From: Oopsacas minuta
Lineage: Eukaryota > Animalia > Porifera
Length of the DNA: 64,000 nucleotides
Direction: 5' to 3'
NCBI GenBank assembly: GCA_024704765.1
Contig: JAKMXF010000338.1
Coordinates: 69,133-133,132, forward strand
Positions 11,891 through 25,418 of this stretch are shown one piece after another. The notes below the pieces were generated by a model. The model did not search any database. It was given only the letters and a program-made list of their open reading frames with translations, and was not told the origin of the DNA. A program made the position numbers and the translations under genes. Positions within the stretch are counted from its first letter, which is position 1, and each line of letters begins with the position of its first letter.

Positions 11891-13061
11891 GTCTGGATTA
11901 TTTGGCGGTCAATCAATTCTAAGCGGGACGAACTCCGTCTTCCACCCCTTAGCTGCTCTGCCAGTGTGTACAGGACCGTTATCCTCCTGTAAAACCCAGC
12001 TATCTCCGTATTTTGCGTTAGCCTCCTCAATAAGACACTCGCGAAGTGTGGAAATATACACCACCTGATCGAAATGTTCTGTGAATATCCTCAGATGTGT
12101 AGTCCCAATTATCGAAATTCCATTCCAAAGATGAACTTTAGATGGATGCCTGAAGGTTGGCAGATGAACCGTTTGTCCCTTTTTAATCCACAAGTTGACT
12201 CTTGCAGAGTCAAGCAAAACTGAACATTCATCAGTAAGAAGGTCTTACTCCAATCAAAACACTTCATTTCTTTACACCAGGCGATTCTTTTGGAAAGATG
12301 GAGGTCGGTGAGTGCTGGAACTCTGAGAGCCCGCTTGCTGACAAAGTTTTGCCTCTTTACCTGAGCATAAAGAGTACTTATGGATACAGGAGAGCTCAAT
12401 CTCGGTAGTATAGAGCGTAGAGGGTCCTCGGATTGCTTTGATACAAAGTAGCTATCCTTCTTTTGTCATTTGCCTTGATTTTTGAAGGCCGACCAGCACC
12501 CTTTTTGTACTGAAGGCTTTTTTATCTTTTATCAGATTCAAGACACGATATACAGTCTGCTTAGGTATTCTTGTTCACTGGCAGATATCCACTCCTTTGG
12601 TGATTCCTGCATTCTATAGTTTCTCTATTTGATTTCAACACTGTTGTTGGGTAGAGTGCATGTACATTGTACAAAATATGCAGTCTTAATGACGGAAATG
12701 GGGTCTCGAAATATATATAGGTATATTTGCTTGGGAATCACAATATTTCAACCAACAAACGAAATATTATGTGAAATATCGAATCTATTGGTTTTCTAGC
12801 AATTATAGGAAGTGCATATATACAGTAAGGTAAATGGTTGTATAATATGCGCATTACCTGATATACTTCATGGTGATTAAAGTTAATCATGAAAAGTCCC
12901 AATAATTTCCGAACATACTGTACAATATATTTTTAGTATCAGAAGATGTTTTTCACTCTGATACTCTAAGTGGACAAAGTATTTGAATTTTTGTGTTTAA
13001 TTATGCAAATATGGCGAACGATAGAAAAATTGAGCCCGTTGTGATCAATCATAAATTTATA

Positions 13062-14365
13062 CAAGGTGGTTCATAAGTTCTGTCACATTTTTTCGAGTGC
13101 GTAAATTTTCATTTCTGATGCTACAACAATAGTATTATCATATGAATATAATTACCAGATATTCAATAATAGTACTTCATAAGTGGTTTCCTAATATATT
13201 TCATTTCAGTGTTGAATAGCTTATGGAAATCGATAGGTGTGCTGTGATTAAATTCTTTCAGGCGAAACATAAAAGGAAATTTTAAAATGCTCAAAAAGGC
13301 CAGGGGAAGAAGGAAGTTATTACTATGGCCATAAGAGATATTCGGAGACTGGGAAAGTTGAAGATAGGGCGAGGACAGGTGGTCCGTGTTCTGTTGTGAC
13401 ACCAAAGGTGCGAAAGGCGGTGCGAGAACAAATTCGGAGAAACCCAGACGATCAATGCGTATATGGCATCAGTCCTCACCATATCCCATAGATCTGTCCA
13501 AAGAATCGTTAAAAATCAATTAGGAATCAGATCACTCATAAGGAAGACAGTGCACTTCCTTTTAAGTAAGATCATAGGAAAAGAGACCCGTTAGGAGCAA
13601 GGGTCTGCTAAAGCGGCACGCTGTTTGCGAGATAAACAACATTCACTTTCTGACGAGAAATTATTTACGATAAAGGACGCTAAGAATGCTCAAAATGACA
13701 AAATAATAGCACCTAGTGCTCAAGCAATCCCAGATGAGCTGCATTTCATCGGGCGAGTTCAAAAACCACAATCTGTCATGGTTTGGGCTGGAATATCGGT
13801 AATTGGTCGGAAATTCGTGATATTTGTCCCACCAGGGGTTAAAATTAATTCAATTTCAGATCGCGAGCTGATATTAGAACCAGTCCTGAAAGACCTAAAC
13901 GAGTCCATGTTTTCTGGAGAGTCATTTCTGTTTCAAAAGGACGGTGCGCCTGCCTACACCCCCAAAGTCACTCAGGATGGCTAAAAGAGAATATTCCCGA
14001 TTTTATCCCCAAAGGCGAATGGCCCCGCATACAGCCCCGATTTGAATCCAATAGATTACTCTATCTAGTTGATTTTGGAGGAAAAGGCTTGTGTTAAGGC
14101 CAACAACAATGTAGAATCTCTTAAGATGTCGTTGAGCAGAGAATGGGCTAAAATTCCTCAAAAAACACTGCATGCTGCGGTTGAGGCCTTTCCTGGCAGA
14201 TTAAAGGCTATAATTGGGAAGAGGGGAGGGTACATAGAATAGTGGTTATTTCTAGTATATTATTAGCATATAGTGTTAGTCTAATTAGAACATCAAGCAT
14301 GAATAGTATATTATGAATATATAAATGGGTCAACATAAATGTCACAGAACTTATGAACCATCCTG
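13062..14365 (+). mobile_element. maT/DD37D element, full length, decayed
   Basis: TIRs TA|CAAGGTGGTTCATAAGTTCTGTCACATTT and AAATGTCACAGAACTTATGAACCATCCTG|TA; SDEKLFT, QKPQSVMVWAGIS, FQKDGAPAY, PDLNPIDY. Confidence 0.9.
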
Positions 14366-14442
14366 TAGCCAATAGGTTATCTATTATTCTATTCTGATGT
14401 GTTTTCGTACTTATTTGTTATTATTATAGATTTTCTAGAATT

Positions 14443-15464
14443 ATGCCTAAACAAAAAGAGATTCCTCGTTTTCTTCGTGAACAAGCTATTGGGTTATTCA
14501 AAGGAGGTAGTAGTATCGCGAAAATTTCCCAGAAACTCCAAATAACCTGCTCGACTCTCCAATATATAATACATAGATGGAAAGCTATGTAGACAACGAA
14601 AAATTCGCCACTACAAGGACGACCTAGACTCCTTGGTGCGCGAGGGAAAAGACAACCTTAGTCGATTGTGAAAAGAAACAGGACATCTATTCTAAGATGT
14701 TTAACTCGCTTATTCAATAAAGGCAAGCCTAAAAATGTCTCTGAAAAAACAACATCACGAAATCTCCACGCGGCGGACTTCTGGGCTAGGAGGTCGTGTA
14801 AAAAGCCCTTGGTATCTACTGCAAACCAGAAAAAGAGGTTAGCTTTCTATAATAAATGTAATCTTGGAGACCTAATGATTGAAAATGTGATTGACTCCAG
14901 TGAATCTAAATTCAATTTAATTGGTACAGATGGTCGTAAAAGATTACGGCGGCAAAACACGAAAGGTACTTACCTGAGTCCACACAAACCTGTTGTAGGG
15001 GAGGAGGTTCTGTAGTGCTTTGGGATCTATAACCTATGAGAAATTAGGGCCGCAAATTCAGGTAAATGGAAGGCTAACTTCATTGACTTATATATCTGAC
15101 ATTTTAGAGCTCTTCTTCCTTTTTGGATTGTTTTCAGAAGGAGAAAGAAAGAAGCGTACACATGCAACACGATTCACCAATCCACAAAGGCAAGTCAGTT
15201 ATAGAATTGTTTGGGAAAAATAAAGTCGGAGAATTAGAGTGGCGCCACAATCCCAGACCTAAATCCTGTAGAAATATATGTGATACACTTCTAAGACGAG
15301 TTCGTGAAAGATTTATTCCCCCCAACAACCTGAAGGAGTTATTTCTTGCTCTAAAAGAAGAATGGGCTAGAATCCCGATGACAACAATAAATCACCTTTA
15401 CGGACCACTCCCGAAGAGATTAGACGAATTGAAAAAACAGAAAGGAAAGTCCACAACATATTAA
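14443..15464 (+). pseudogene. Heavily decayed Tc1-like transposase
   Basis: MPKQKEIPRFLREQAIGLF...GRPRLL; SESKFNLIGTDGRK; DSPIH...PDLNPVE; EEWARIPMTTINHLYGPLPKRLDEL...GKSTTY; candidate right end ...CATACACTG near 15570. Confidence 0.8.
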
Positions 15465-16693
15465 CCATTCGGCTTCATAGATTAGTTTTTAATGTGATCA
15501 AAACGGATTAATCTCTGTCCTTGATTGGAATAGTTTACATAATGGAATATTTTTACCACATCATACACTGATCAATACTACATGGCTACTAGAAATTCAG
15601 AACAGCCAACACATTCTAATTGGGATCTGGAAAATGAGCAAACACTCAGGGGAGATATCTCACTTCCAACTTACTCACACATGCAGGATCCATACCAATC
15701 GAGTGACGAGATCCTAAACGATAATGAGGGCGATGGTGATTTCTATTGCGTCCTACTATCACCACTAGCATTTACCAGCCAGACTATATCTACAAACTGA
15801 CATACCCTTGACTAGCCCAGTTACTCAATTAGCCGATAGCTCGCTTCCACAGTTACAAATACAGAGTCCAGCATCTACTGAAGAAGCTAGACCTAGTAGA
15901 CCACGACAGTTTATCTTCCCTCTTAAAGAACCTTTTACTAAGTGTACTAAAGGAAAGCGATCGTCTAGTCCTCCGATATCGATTCTTAGAGCACTATAGC
16001 CGATTAATTCACGCGAACAATACGATTGAATTGGATATTCAAACATGTGCAAAACTGGACTTTTTTAAGTCGGGAAAAATTATGCCAACATATGTTCTAA
16101 GGAGTGAGAAGTTTTTGGATACACATAAATGTTGAAATCACTTTGATATATTACGAAATACAAATGTTGTGATGTAAGTAGTCCGATGGTAATGACAGTC
16201 CATTGTCCAAAATTTCTATAGTGCTCCATTGCCTTAGTATGTAGAATGCTGTGGGTTATCAAACAGCGTTTAGTGCTTTTAGACGAAGTAGGAGAATCAT
16301 AGTCTGGCGAACGTAGGGTGATATCCCTTTTTGAAATTATAATTCTCTGTTTCCTCGTCTGCTTCTTTTTTGGATTCCTGGGAGTGACAAATAAGACGTC
16401 AGAATAAGTTGGAGATGGATGCTGGAGAAGAAAGATTCAGTCTCCATAGCAAAACCACGTGTTATGGGTGTTCTGGGAATAGAAGAATTGGAAGGTATAT
16501 CAGACTCATCATCTGAGGAATATCAGTCAGTAGTCTCCTGACTGAAGTGCAGGAGTAGGCAGAGGTGGTAACTCAGAAGCTCTAAAAACTGGAGACCTAG
16601 TTGAGTCAGCCTCAGAGCAACTGTTAAATGATCCTTCAGTTGGAGACATTTAAGCTAATATGAATATTTTGGTAAATAATGTAAATATGACTA

Positions 16694-18727
16694 CAGTAAT
16701 CTCCCGCTTAAGTACGCAACTTGTTCCGGGTGGCGAGTGCGTACTTAGCAAATTAGCACAATTTTCTGTCCTGTTTTACTTAATACTAGAAATAACGGTA
16801 CTTGAAAGTAGTTATTGTTTGTTAAACAATTACAGCCAACTAGCGATAGAAAATTTTTAGGTCCACCATTGTACAGTACAATTTTTTTCTGATTGCATAA
16901 TGTCAGGAAAAAGCAAATGCAAGCGTTTGAATGAATCACAGAGATTTCACGTCCTTGCCAGGGTAAGTGAGCCAACTCCTCCAAGTAAGCGAAGTCTTGC
17001 ACGAGAGTATGAAGTCAGTGAAGGCGCTATCCGAAAGCTTTGCGAGAACAGAGGAGTTATTCGAAAACGTTTTGCTTTGTTGTCCGGGGAGACTAAACAA
17101 AAAAATTTCGAGGTTCTCTTTGTCGGGTTTACGGACCTGGAAGACATGTTATACCTTTGGATTGATGACATGCGCCGTGCTAACCTGCCTGTTCCACCCT
17201 CTCTGGCCATCGCGAAAGCAAAGCAAACCGCTGAACAGTTATCGATTTCGGAGGATGATTTTAAAACATCATGGCAGTAGCTTAGCCGATTTAGGTAACG
17301 TCAAGGACTTCAGAAACTTCTACTTCATGGTGAAGGAGCAGGAGTAGAAAAACAGGATCCGGAACCTTTAGTTGCATTGAATAGCTTGTATGATATAATC
17401 GCGCAGTATGAACCTGAAAAAGTTTACAACATGGATGAAACAGGATTATTTTTTCGGCTGCTACCCAGATATGCTCTGCTACTGCCGTTTGAAGATGTCA
17501 ACTGCACCCGAGGCAAAAGAAAGATAAATAGGATTATCACTGGTTGTTTGTACGAATGCCACAAGGAATGCATAAAATTCCATGCACATTGATTGGGAAA
17601 CCGAAATCTCCGGCCTGTATAAAGAATCGGGACTAGCCGTTGAAGTACTTTAGCTAGGGCAAAGCGTGGATGGACGTTAACACTTGTTGGAAGTGGTTTA
17701 ATGAAGTGTTTTGTTCTGAAGTGAAAAAGAGAACAGGACGCCCGGATCTGTTATTAATGGACAATGCTCCAGGCCATTTTCAAGCTTTTGAACGGAATAA
17801 CTTCAGAGTAGTATTCTTCCCTCCAAATTGTACGAGCTAGAAGCAACCATGTGATATGGGAATCATCGCAGCACTGAAAAAGAGGTACAAATATTTGTAT
17901 CTCCAGGACGTTCTTGATTATTACGATCTTGTTGAGGACTTCAAAGCCCGGAAAAAAGAGCAAGCGAAAAGGCTCCCTAGAGGAGCTGCTGGTGTTGTTT
18001 ATGGTAAACTTGTTCATCTGCTAGATGCTGCTTTTTATGTTAAGCATGCATGGGATTTAGTATCTGACACGTCAATAAGCAACTCATTCATCAAGGCTGA
18101 GTTAGGTTCTTTAACATTGCAAGGTAGCGTTGATGAGGAGGTCAACGCGAAGTCTGATATTCTGCAAAGATTCAGGTCTGTGAATATTGTGATTGAGGAA
18201 GATGAACTCAATGAATTCATGCATATCCACGACAAAAACAACGAAAAGTATCCGCAAGCGAGGTTAGACTATGTTAATAGGTATTGGCTGCAATGCATAC
18301 AAAAAATGATGACTGACGACGATTGTGACGACCAAAGCAATGGTTCTGCACCAATCGTGAAGGAAGTGATATTAAACCGCTTTGAAGAACTTTATCGTAG
18401 AGTACTCGAAGTTGAGGACCAGTTATTGTGCACCGATGTACAAGCTCAAACGGGAGACGCTTATGGTGATCTAAAAAACACCTTCGAAAATTTTCAGCGT
18501 GAACTGCGACAAGTGGCATCTGAAGCTAAACGCAAAAGTGCACAAAACCTGCGTCAGCTCACGATGCATGATATGTTTAAACAGTGAGTAACTTTAGCAA
18601 AGCGTACATTTTAGTTTTGATTGGCATTATATATGTTTTTCAATAAATTGTTCTGAAAGTTGAACACAGAATTATTGACAAATTTTTGTGACTTAGCTGG
18701 GATGCGTACTTAAGCGGGAGGTTACTG
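16694..18727 (+). mobile_element. pogo/Tigger-like transposon
   Basis: TIRs TA|CAGTAATCTCCCGCTTAAGTACGCA and TGCGTACTTAAGCGGGAGGTTACTG; encodes the disrupted transposase at 16900-18587. Confidence 0.9.
16900..18587 (+). pseudogene. pogo transposase (CENP-B-type HTH + DDE_1, DD30D)
   Basis: RSLAREYEVSEGAIRK; LEDMLYLWIDDMR...AKAKQTAEQL; YNMDETGLFFRLLP; LLLMDNAPGH...FFPPNCTS*KQPCDMGII (30 residues between D and D). Confidence 0.9.
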
Positions 18728-19199
18728 GATGTTGTATTGATAAAAGAGCATGCAAAAAGTGAAAGTACAGATGATAAGTTTCTACGAAATGTGTGAAATC
18801 CTTTGGATTTTATGCAAAAATGTCCTGAGCTACATTGACAAACTAGTAATTGAAACCACTATGCAGTAATAGTGCTTTGTTATTTGTGGTTTCAAACTGG
18901 GGCATAGGGTGCCAAACAAAGGAGGGGCTCCACAACTACAGCTCCGACGAGTTTTTCCGTAATCCTCCGGCTTAACTTATGGTGATAAAGAATATAAGCT
19001 AAAGTTCACAAAATCAAGTTATTTTAGTCTAAAGTAGTCAAAAGATATGTTGTTCTGCCTTAACACAAGTTGCGTTCATGACACTTGAATGTATGACTGT
19101 CACTGGGGTGTCTTATTGTTAACTTGTTTTCAAATGTCGCAACAAAGTAAATGTGATCGTGAAGCATACATTTTATAGTGACTCATTTTCAAAATTCGC

Positions 19200-20830
19200 C
19201 ACATAGAAATTTTGATACTGAACTATACATGCAATTAGACTTAAATGCAAATTTCTCAAATTGAACTTGTGGTACTGAAATACACAAATGTTTTTGAATC
19301 AATTTCAAATTACGCACCATAGAAATTCTGATACTGAACAATACAGCGTGATACAAAAATACTGTTACAAATATAAAAGGGCTGAAAACAAAAACTATTG
19401 GAGCGATCGTTCTGATATTCTAAATTATGTTTAGATATACTATAATGTTGAAAATTAAGAAAGTACTACTCGAATATATTACATTTTGCCTTAATACAGC
19501 TCTTCAGACGGACGATGAAGGAGTCTATACTGCCACACACATGCTCATCCAGAATTTTTGACCACTCGCTTAATAATGTACTCTTAAGAACCTCAACTGA
19601 AAGATGGGGTGTAGCGTTAACCCTCTCCTCCAATATGAACCGTATAGATAAGTCTTGGGTTGTTAAGGTCTGGCGAACAAGGTAGCCACTTTTCGGAAGA
19701 AATGACCCGGAAAATTTGTCCTACACTACTTTTTAGTGGCTTTAGCGTTGTGAGGTGGGCAGGATCTTGCTGGAATACCCATAGGTCGTTTCCAAAATGT
19801 GATTGTGCCCAAGGCTTCAAAGAATTCTCGAGAATTAATTACCGATAAACTGATTCGTGGATTTCACACCTTGGGGAATAAATATCAAAGGTGTCCGACC
19901 AGTTGCAGTAACTCCAGGCCATACCACCGCTGAAGTTGGTTTCTGCGTTCTAGAGACTCGGAAAATAGATTCAGGCAACGTACGCTTATGGGTGGCTAAA
20001 ATCCTATGATTTTGCTTGTTAAGGACCTGCTGAATAGCAAATAATTTTTCATCAGAGAAAAGAATCTGCTTTTGTCGACCATTGGTGAAACGTGAAAGCA
20101 TGGCCTTGCATCTTTCCAACCTCATATTTTTATTTTTGGCTGTGGGGAGTTGTCTTTTTTAATCTTGTACGCTTTAACATTCAAATCATTACAAACAAGC
20201 CTCCGCATCGGTTCATACTTGTTTTTTTTCAATGACCATTTTCAGATACTTCGGGCGGGATTTTGTTTAATCCGTTGTAGCACCCTCTTAGTCAAAGAAA
20301 TTGTTCATGCAGTAAGTGCACGGTCAGGTTGTGGTCGGTCTAGCACGTCCACTGTATCAGCAAACCGTGACAAAGTTCGCGAAATAAACATCCTATTGTA
20401 ACTGAGCAAAGAGGCAATTTCACTTATGCATTTTCCGGCATTTAAAAATTCAATAAAAGCTGAATGACGAACCTCCATTACAAAATGTTGAAATTATAAA
20501 CTTCTAAGAGAGATATAGCTGGTGTGATTTATTGAGATAAAATAGATATGTAGTACAATATATTGGACAAGTTTCAACGCTATTGAATTGTATTCATCTA
20601 CAATATCGTAGTTTTAAAAGTTGTAACAGTATTTATGTGTCACTCTGTACAAATGTTTTTGAATCAATTTCAATTATCGCATGATAGAACTTGTGTTAAT
20701 GAAATAGACAAATTGTTTACTAAATTTCAAATTTCGGAACATAGGAAATGTGATCCTGAAGGATATATTTGGTAGGTACTCTTTTTCAGATTTCGACAGA
20801 CAGGAATTTTGATACGAACAATAAGAATCA
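19200..20830 (+). repeat. Degenerate ~60-bp tandem repeat (same unit as 41795-42775), split by a maT insertion
   Basis: Units like GAAATTTTGATACTGAAC.ATACAAATGTTTTTGAATCAATTTCAAATT at 19200-19343 and 20648-20830; the unit rejoins exactly across the maT TA duplication. Confidence 0.75.
19344..20647 (-). mobile_element. maT/DD37D element, full length, decayed
   Basis: TIRs TA|CAGCGTGATACAAAAATACTGTTACAA and TTGTAACAGTATTTATGTGTCACTCTG|TA; ILFSDEKLF, QKPTSAVVWPGVTATGRTPLIF, WVFQQDPA, WLPCSPDLN. Confidence 0.9.
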
Positions 20831-20902
20831 TTTTGAATTAAGTAATTCTAAACTATATAAATCTTCGAAAAGACTTCTACTGGTTAAATCATAAATTTAA
20901 AA

Positions 20903-21500
20903 ATGAACCTTCAACAGGATATAACTAAAACAAGATCGAAAAATTACTCGTCGGAAGAAGTAAATATATTAGTTGATCTTGCAGAAGAAAATAAATCTAG
21001 GCTATTTTGTAGCTTTAGTGCATCGCTAGCATTCGAAGAAAAAGCTTAACTTTGGCACCAAATTGCGAGTGGTTTAGCAAGTCAACACAGTGTGCATGGG
21101 TCTAGAGGTGATGTCACAAAGAAGTTGCCTAACCTTTTGTGCAAGCACAAACATCTAATGCTGATAAAGTCTAATCTATCAGAAAAACTGGGGGTGGACC
21201 AGCTGATGCAGAATTAACCCCATTGGAGGGAAAGATCTATGACATAAGGGATACAGAATGCTTCGTCGAAATTAGTTGTGGAATAGACGTCTCTGCTGAG
21301 GCACAGAGTTCCCAACTATCAGCAGATCAAATGCCAATAAGTCCTTCATTCCCATTTCATGGTAAAGTTTCAACAGCAGTTAGTAAGTAAAGACAACATC
21401 CACAGTTCGCAACGTCAATTGACGATGATACAGGACATATTCTTATTGCAAAAGATGATGAGAAGTTAGAACTTTTGAGAGAGATCAAAGAGAAATGGTC
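20903..21500 (+). pseudogene. Myb/SANT-like DNA-binding partner gene of a PIF/Harbinger element
   Basis: MNLQQDITKTRSKNYSSEEVNILVDLAEENKSRLF...*LWHQIA...KKLPNL, then by frameshift RKTGGGPADAELTPLEGKIYDI. Convergent with a Harbinger transposase. Not in the ORF track. Confidence 0.75.
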
Positions 21501-21759
21501 TCTATTGGGAACGTACACCAGTTACTGCCTGAAATGGTACAGAATCAAACAGCAATAATAAATCTCCTGGCACAACAATCGTTTCCATTCGTTGCTCCAA
21601 GCAGATTTCCAACGAATTTCCCTCCTGGTAATGCACCATAACTCACAATTTTTGATAAATTTAGTTGTTTTGCACAACTTGTATTTGTGTATTGCTAAGT
21701 TAGAAAGTAAGGTAATTGCGTTTTCCGTGTCTGCTGTAATTGTTATTATATAATCATGT

Positions 21760-22281
21760 TCAAATGAAACTACACTCGTTATAATAACTAATATCAAAAC
21801 TTAACCCCGAGTTTAAGTAAATAAAAGTGATACTATATCTTGTTTCGTCAATACTCCACTTCCTGAAGAATGAGGAGTGAGTCTCATGAATTTGTTCATC
21901 CAGTGTATCGATGTCAGTATCGAGGCCATAGTTGATACAAATGTTGTGTAGTACCATAGTTGCCATAATAATTATGCAACACTTTTCCTGACTGTAAGAA
22001 AGGAAACCTCCTGTTTTGTCCATTGAGCGCCAACGACTTTTCCAAATACCAAAAGAACATTCGATCGTTTTCCGAACTTTTACAAAAGATGGATCATATC
22101 TTCTTTGTCTAGCAGTGGTTGGGGATGGTAGTTGAGTAATGAGATTCGGTTTTAATCCATACGCACTATCACCCAATAAACCATCCATGAACTGTTGGTA
22201 TAGTGCCATTTGATATTGTTTCGTTTGCAGCTGATTGTCGCTATATGAATGCTTCATGTGTACTCCCGGGCCACACAACAA
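21760..22281 (-). pseudogene. PIF/Harbinger (HARBI1-like, DDE_Tnp_4) transposase, C-terminal part
   Basis: LLGDSAYGLKPNLITQ...VRKTIECSFGIWKSRWRSM...IIMATMVLHNIC. Confidence 0.88.
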
Positions 22282-23262
22282 CGGAATCTATGAAAGGATA
22301 TTCATGATCACAAATTGCTTGGATATTAATAGAATGAAACAACTTTCGATTGACATATAGAATGTGAAGCTAAGATTTCAGACTTAGAGAGGCAACTACA
22401 CATCACTAATTCACAGAATTCCTTAAACCACGAAAAAATTGAACTCCTTGAGACTCAATTAACTGAAAAAGATTCCCAGATTGTAAATTTTGGATTAGTG
22501 CTGGAAGAGATTAAAGAAAAGTACAACGATATATGTACCTCTTTTTATGACGTCCGTGCTATTTATACGAAATTATTTGATCACTGGTACTCTACTGTTC
22601 AGATTAACGAGGGCGTGCTTTACCTGATTTTTTCTAATCTCAGTAAATTAGCTAGCAACTAAATATTCTTTGAGCTGATTGTGGCTTCACAATCTATTAT
22701 TATTGATGGGGAGATCAATGAAGTTGAACTCTCGAGGCAAACTAATCCTAAGCGAAGAGCCGCAAGTCTCGCCAATCTTCGAGTTAGTCACCCTAAAGGT
22801 TCTATGTGGTCTCTACTTCGGTGTGATGATAAGAAATCCTTCCAAATAGGAACCAAGGTATCACACACATGGAAACCTATATCGGTAGTGTTCTCTATTC
22901 AGAAGACTCTTTATTCTTTTCTTCACCTTCTCGATTGTATATGATTGACTGTCTTGTGAAAAGCAATGAAACATATTTTCCTGAAACTCATGATTCTATG
23001 TATAGTTTAGAGGACGATTGGGTGTCTCATCCTTCACTTCTTAAGTCAAAATCTCTGAAAATATCTGCTGGGAATACGAGTGCGAAGAATTCATTTGGGA
23101 AACGTGGGATTACTTACATTGGCGTTTGCACCTTGGTTAAAGCCAATTCTGTTCAAACAAGAAAGATTATTGACCATCTGCTAAACTAATGTCGTTTCAA
23201 AGAATTTTTTGACCGATTTTAGAAATCTCTAGCTCAATCTTCATCTCTCAACATGCTCTATA

Positions 23263-23695
23263 ATGGCTCTTATAGCGATTTCTACCATCTTGCTAAAGGT
23301 TGGGGTGAAACATTCTATAATTGTATCGAATTCAAAATGCTTCTACTCGTTTGGTTATGATTGTCAAAAAATTCATTATACTTCTCCTATTCTATGGGAA
23401 CTTCGTTGGCCCATGGTAAAGAAGAGAGTAATTGATAACGTACAAGTGTCTAAATTTCCATTCCACAATCTACTTACTCAATATACTGCAACTTCAGCCG
23501 GAGATTAATCCAGACAGAACTCTTAGATCCGGAACTGTGAATGACTGTTATATACAGAAACATATTATAAACTTTGATGACGTAAGGGCGTTTTCCATAA
23601 TTGCTCCTAAATTGTGGAACTCTGAACCGATCAGTATTGGACAATCTACATCAGTTAATTTATTCACAAAAAGGTTAAATGTATTTATTCACTAG
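23263..23695 (+). mobile_element. 3' fragment of a CR1/L2-type LINE ORF2
   Basis: HYTSPILWELRWPMVKKR...ITYKCL...IYL...RTLRS...RAFSIIAPKLWNSEP...TSVNLFTKRL matches the typical HITP.L..LHWLP...RAFS..AP.LWN.LP tail. Confidence 0.7.
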
Positions 23696-23866
23696 TGAGT
23701 AAAATCTTTAATGGTTTTAGTTGAGATTTATTCACAAAGCGAGAATAGACTAATAATATTCCTTAATTTTTGCAGGATATACTCTATTTCTCATTTTAAC
23801 TTCTACCTGTACTAGGCTTATGAACTTGTATATATTGTCTGTACAGCGCGTTGAGATTTTTATGTA

Positions 23867-24783
23867 GAGCCAAGGGACAAAAGTATTCGACCACACAAAT
23901 ATATTGTCATAAATTGTATACTCTTTCCCGCTCCTATATATTGTGTAGTCTATATTCATAGCTGCTATCTAGTAATTTGTATCGATTAACATATGTTATT
24001 CAAGAATTTCAAAAGAATATTTTAGATTGACACTTTTTGAAGGTGTTAATTATTAATAATTATTAGATAATTATTGATAATCAAAATATGTGGTAATTCA
24101 AAACCTATTAAGAATCTATAATTTCTGACTTGATATTTAAATTCTACGTAGGCGAGTCACCCCAGATTGAAATTTCCAATCGGATAGAGCAATTTTTACT
24201 AGAGTTATAGATGAATTTCAATTTTGTGCCATTTGTGGCACCTTTTGCTGAAGGTGGCACAAGTGGCCGCTACCAAGAGGTTATTTTGGAATTCAAGGGT
24301 TAGCATAGTCATATCATTCGAAAATATTATTCCGACTTATTCCTCCCAACCCTAGTTGATTTCCTTGTAGTGGCGCTTTTTCCTGCCACCTGTGCCGCTT
24401 TTTTCAAAAAGTGGCACAAGTGGGACAAATTGAAATTCTTTTATAACTTTGGTAAAAATTGTTCTATCCCATTGGAAATTTCAATCTGGGGTAATTCGCC
24501 TACGTAGAATTCAAATATCAAGTCAGAAATTATAGATTCTTAATAGGTTTTGAATTACCACATATTTTGATTATCAATAATTATCTAATAATTATTGATA
24601 ATCAACACCTTCAAAAGGTGTCAATCTAAATATTTTTTTGAAATTCTTGAAAAACATATGTTATTCTATACAAATTACTAGATAGCAGCTACGAATATAG
24701 ACTACACAAAATATAGGAGCGGGAAAGAGTATACAATTTATAACAATATATTTGTGTGGTTGAATACTTTTGTCCCCTGACTG
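23867..24783. mobile_element. Foldback MITE, copy 2
   Basis: Collinear with 5289-6202; TA at both ends; its two arms differ from each other at several positions. Confidence 0.92.
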
Positions 24784-25418
24784 TATATTGCGCTCTAAAG
24801 AACTGTAATATTATGATTATTTCTAGTTAATTTATAGAAATTTCGATTTTATTAACTATATATCTTCATGTGCAATACAATCGAAATCGTTTTATTGGGC
24901 CCATTTACCAACCATAAAGGTTTTGATTTAATATAATTTCCTCATGGTTTCTTTGCCCATCGGAATTTCTTTTTTTCGTCGATTCAATGGGCAAGAACCT
25001 GATTTCAACTTTATGACTAAATTCTCTCATGTTGAGTGCAGATTTAGTTATACTAACATTTCACAAATGTTATGCTTCCACCCATACCACCGTACTTTTA
25101 TTTTGTAATCAGTTTGTGTATTATGAAGCCTGGTATTAAATACTCAATATTTGGCCGTATATTTTTTCGCCTTATTACCATATTTAATTTATTCCATCAT
25201 TTATTGTATTGAATAGAACCTAATTTCCCTTGCAGCGAACATTTAATGTTAGCATGCAAAAGGAAACAGACAAGTGAGTTTGTCTTATTTTCCGATGTAT
25301 ATTTATCAATAATTTGGAACAATAAATGTGATATTCCTTTTTGTAATGATAAATTGACTTGAATCTTTTTGGTTGTCATTATACATAGTACAGTCAAACT
25401 CTTATTATTATTGAATTA

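Larger units (their letters stand above)
7927..12920 (-). mobile_element. Tc1 (DD34E) element, ~1365 bp net, split by the P-like element
   Basis: TIRs TA|CATTGTGTTCGGAAATTATTGGGACT and AGTCCCAATAATTTCCGAACATACTG|TA. ORFs 12109-12399 and 11909-12217 (LQEDNGPVH) continue across the insertion as *PPNNPDLTPIENLWAVLKRRL at 8268 downward. Confidence 0.9.

Noticed and set aside
25391-25416. pogo-like left end (TA CAGTCAAACTC) next to the DD37E element
   Set aside because: No matching right end or internal sequence could be found.
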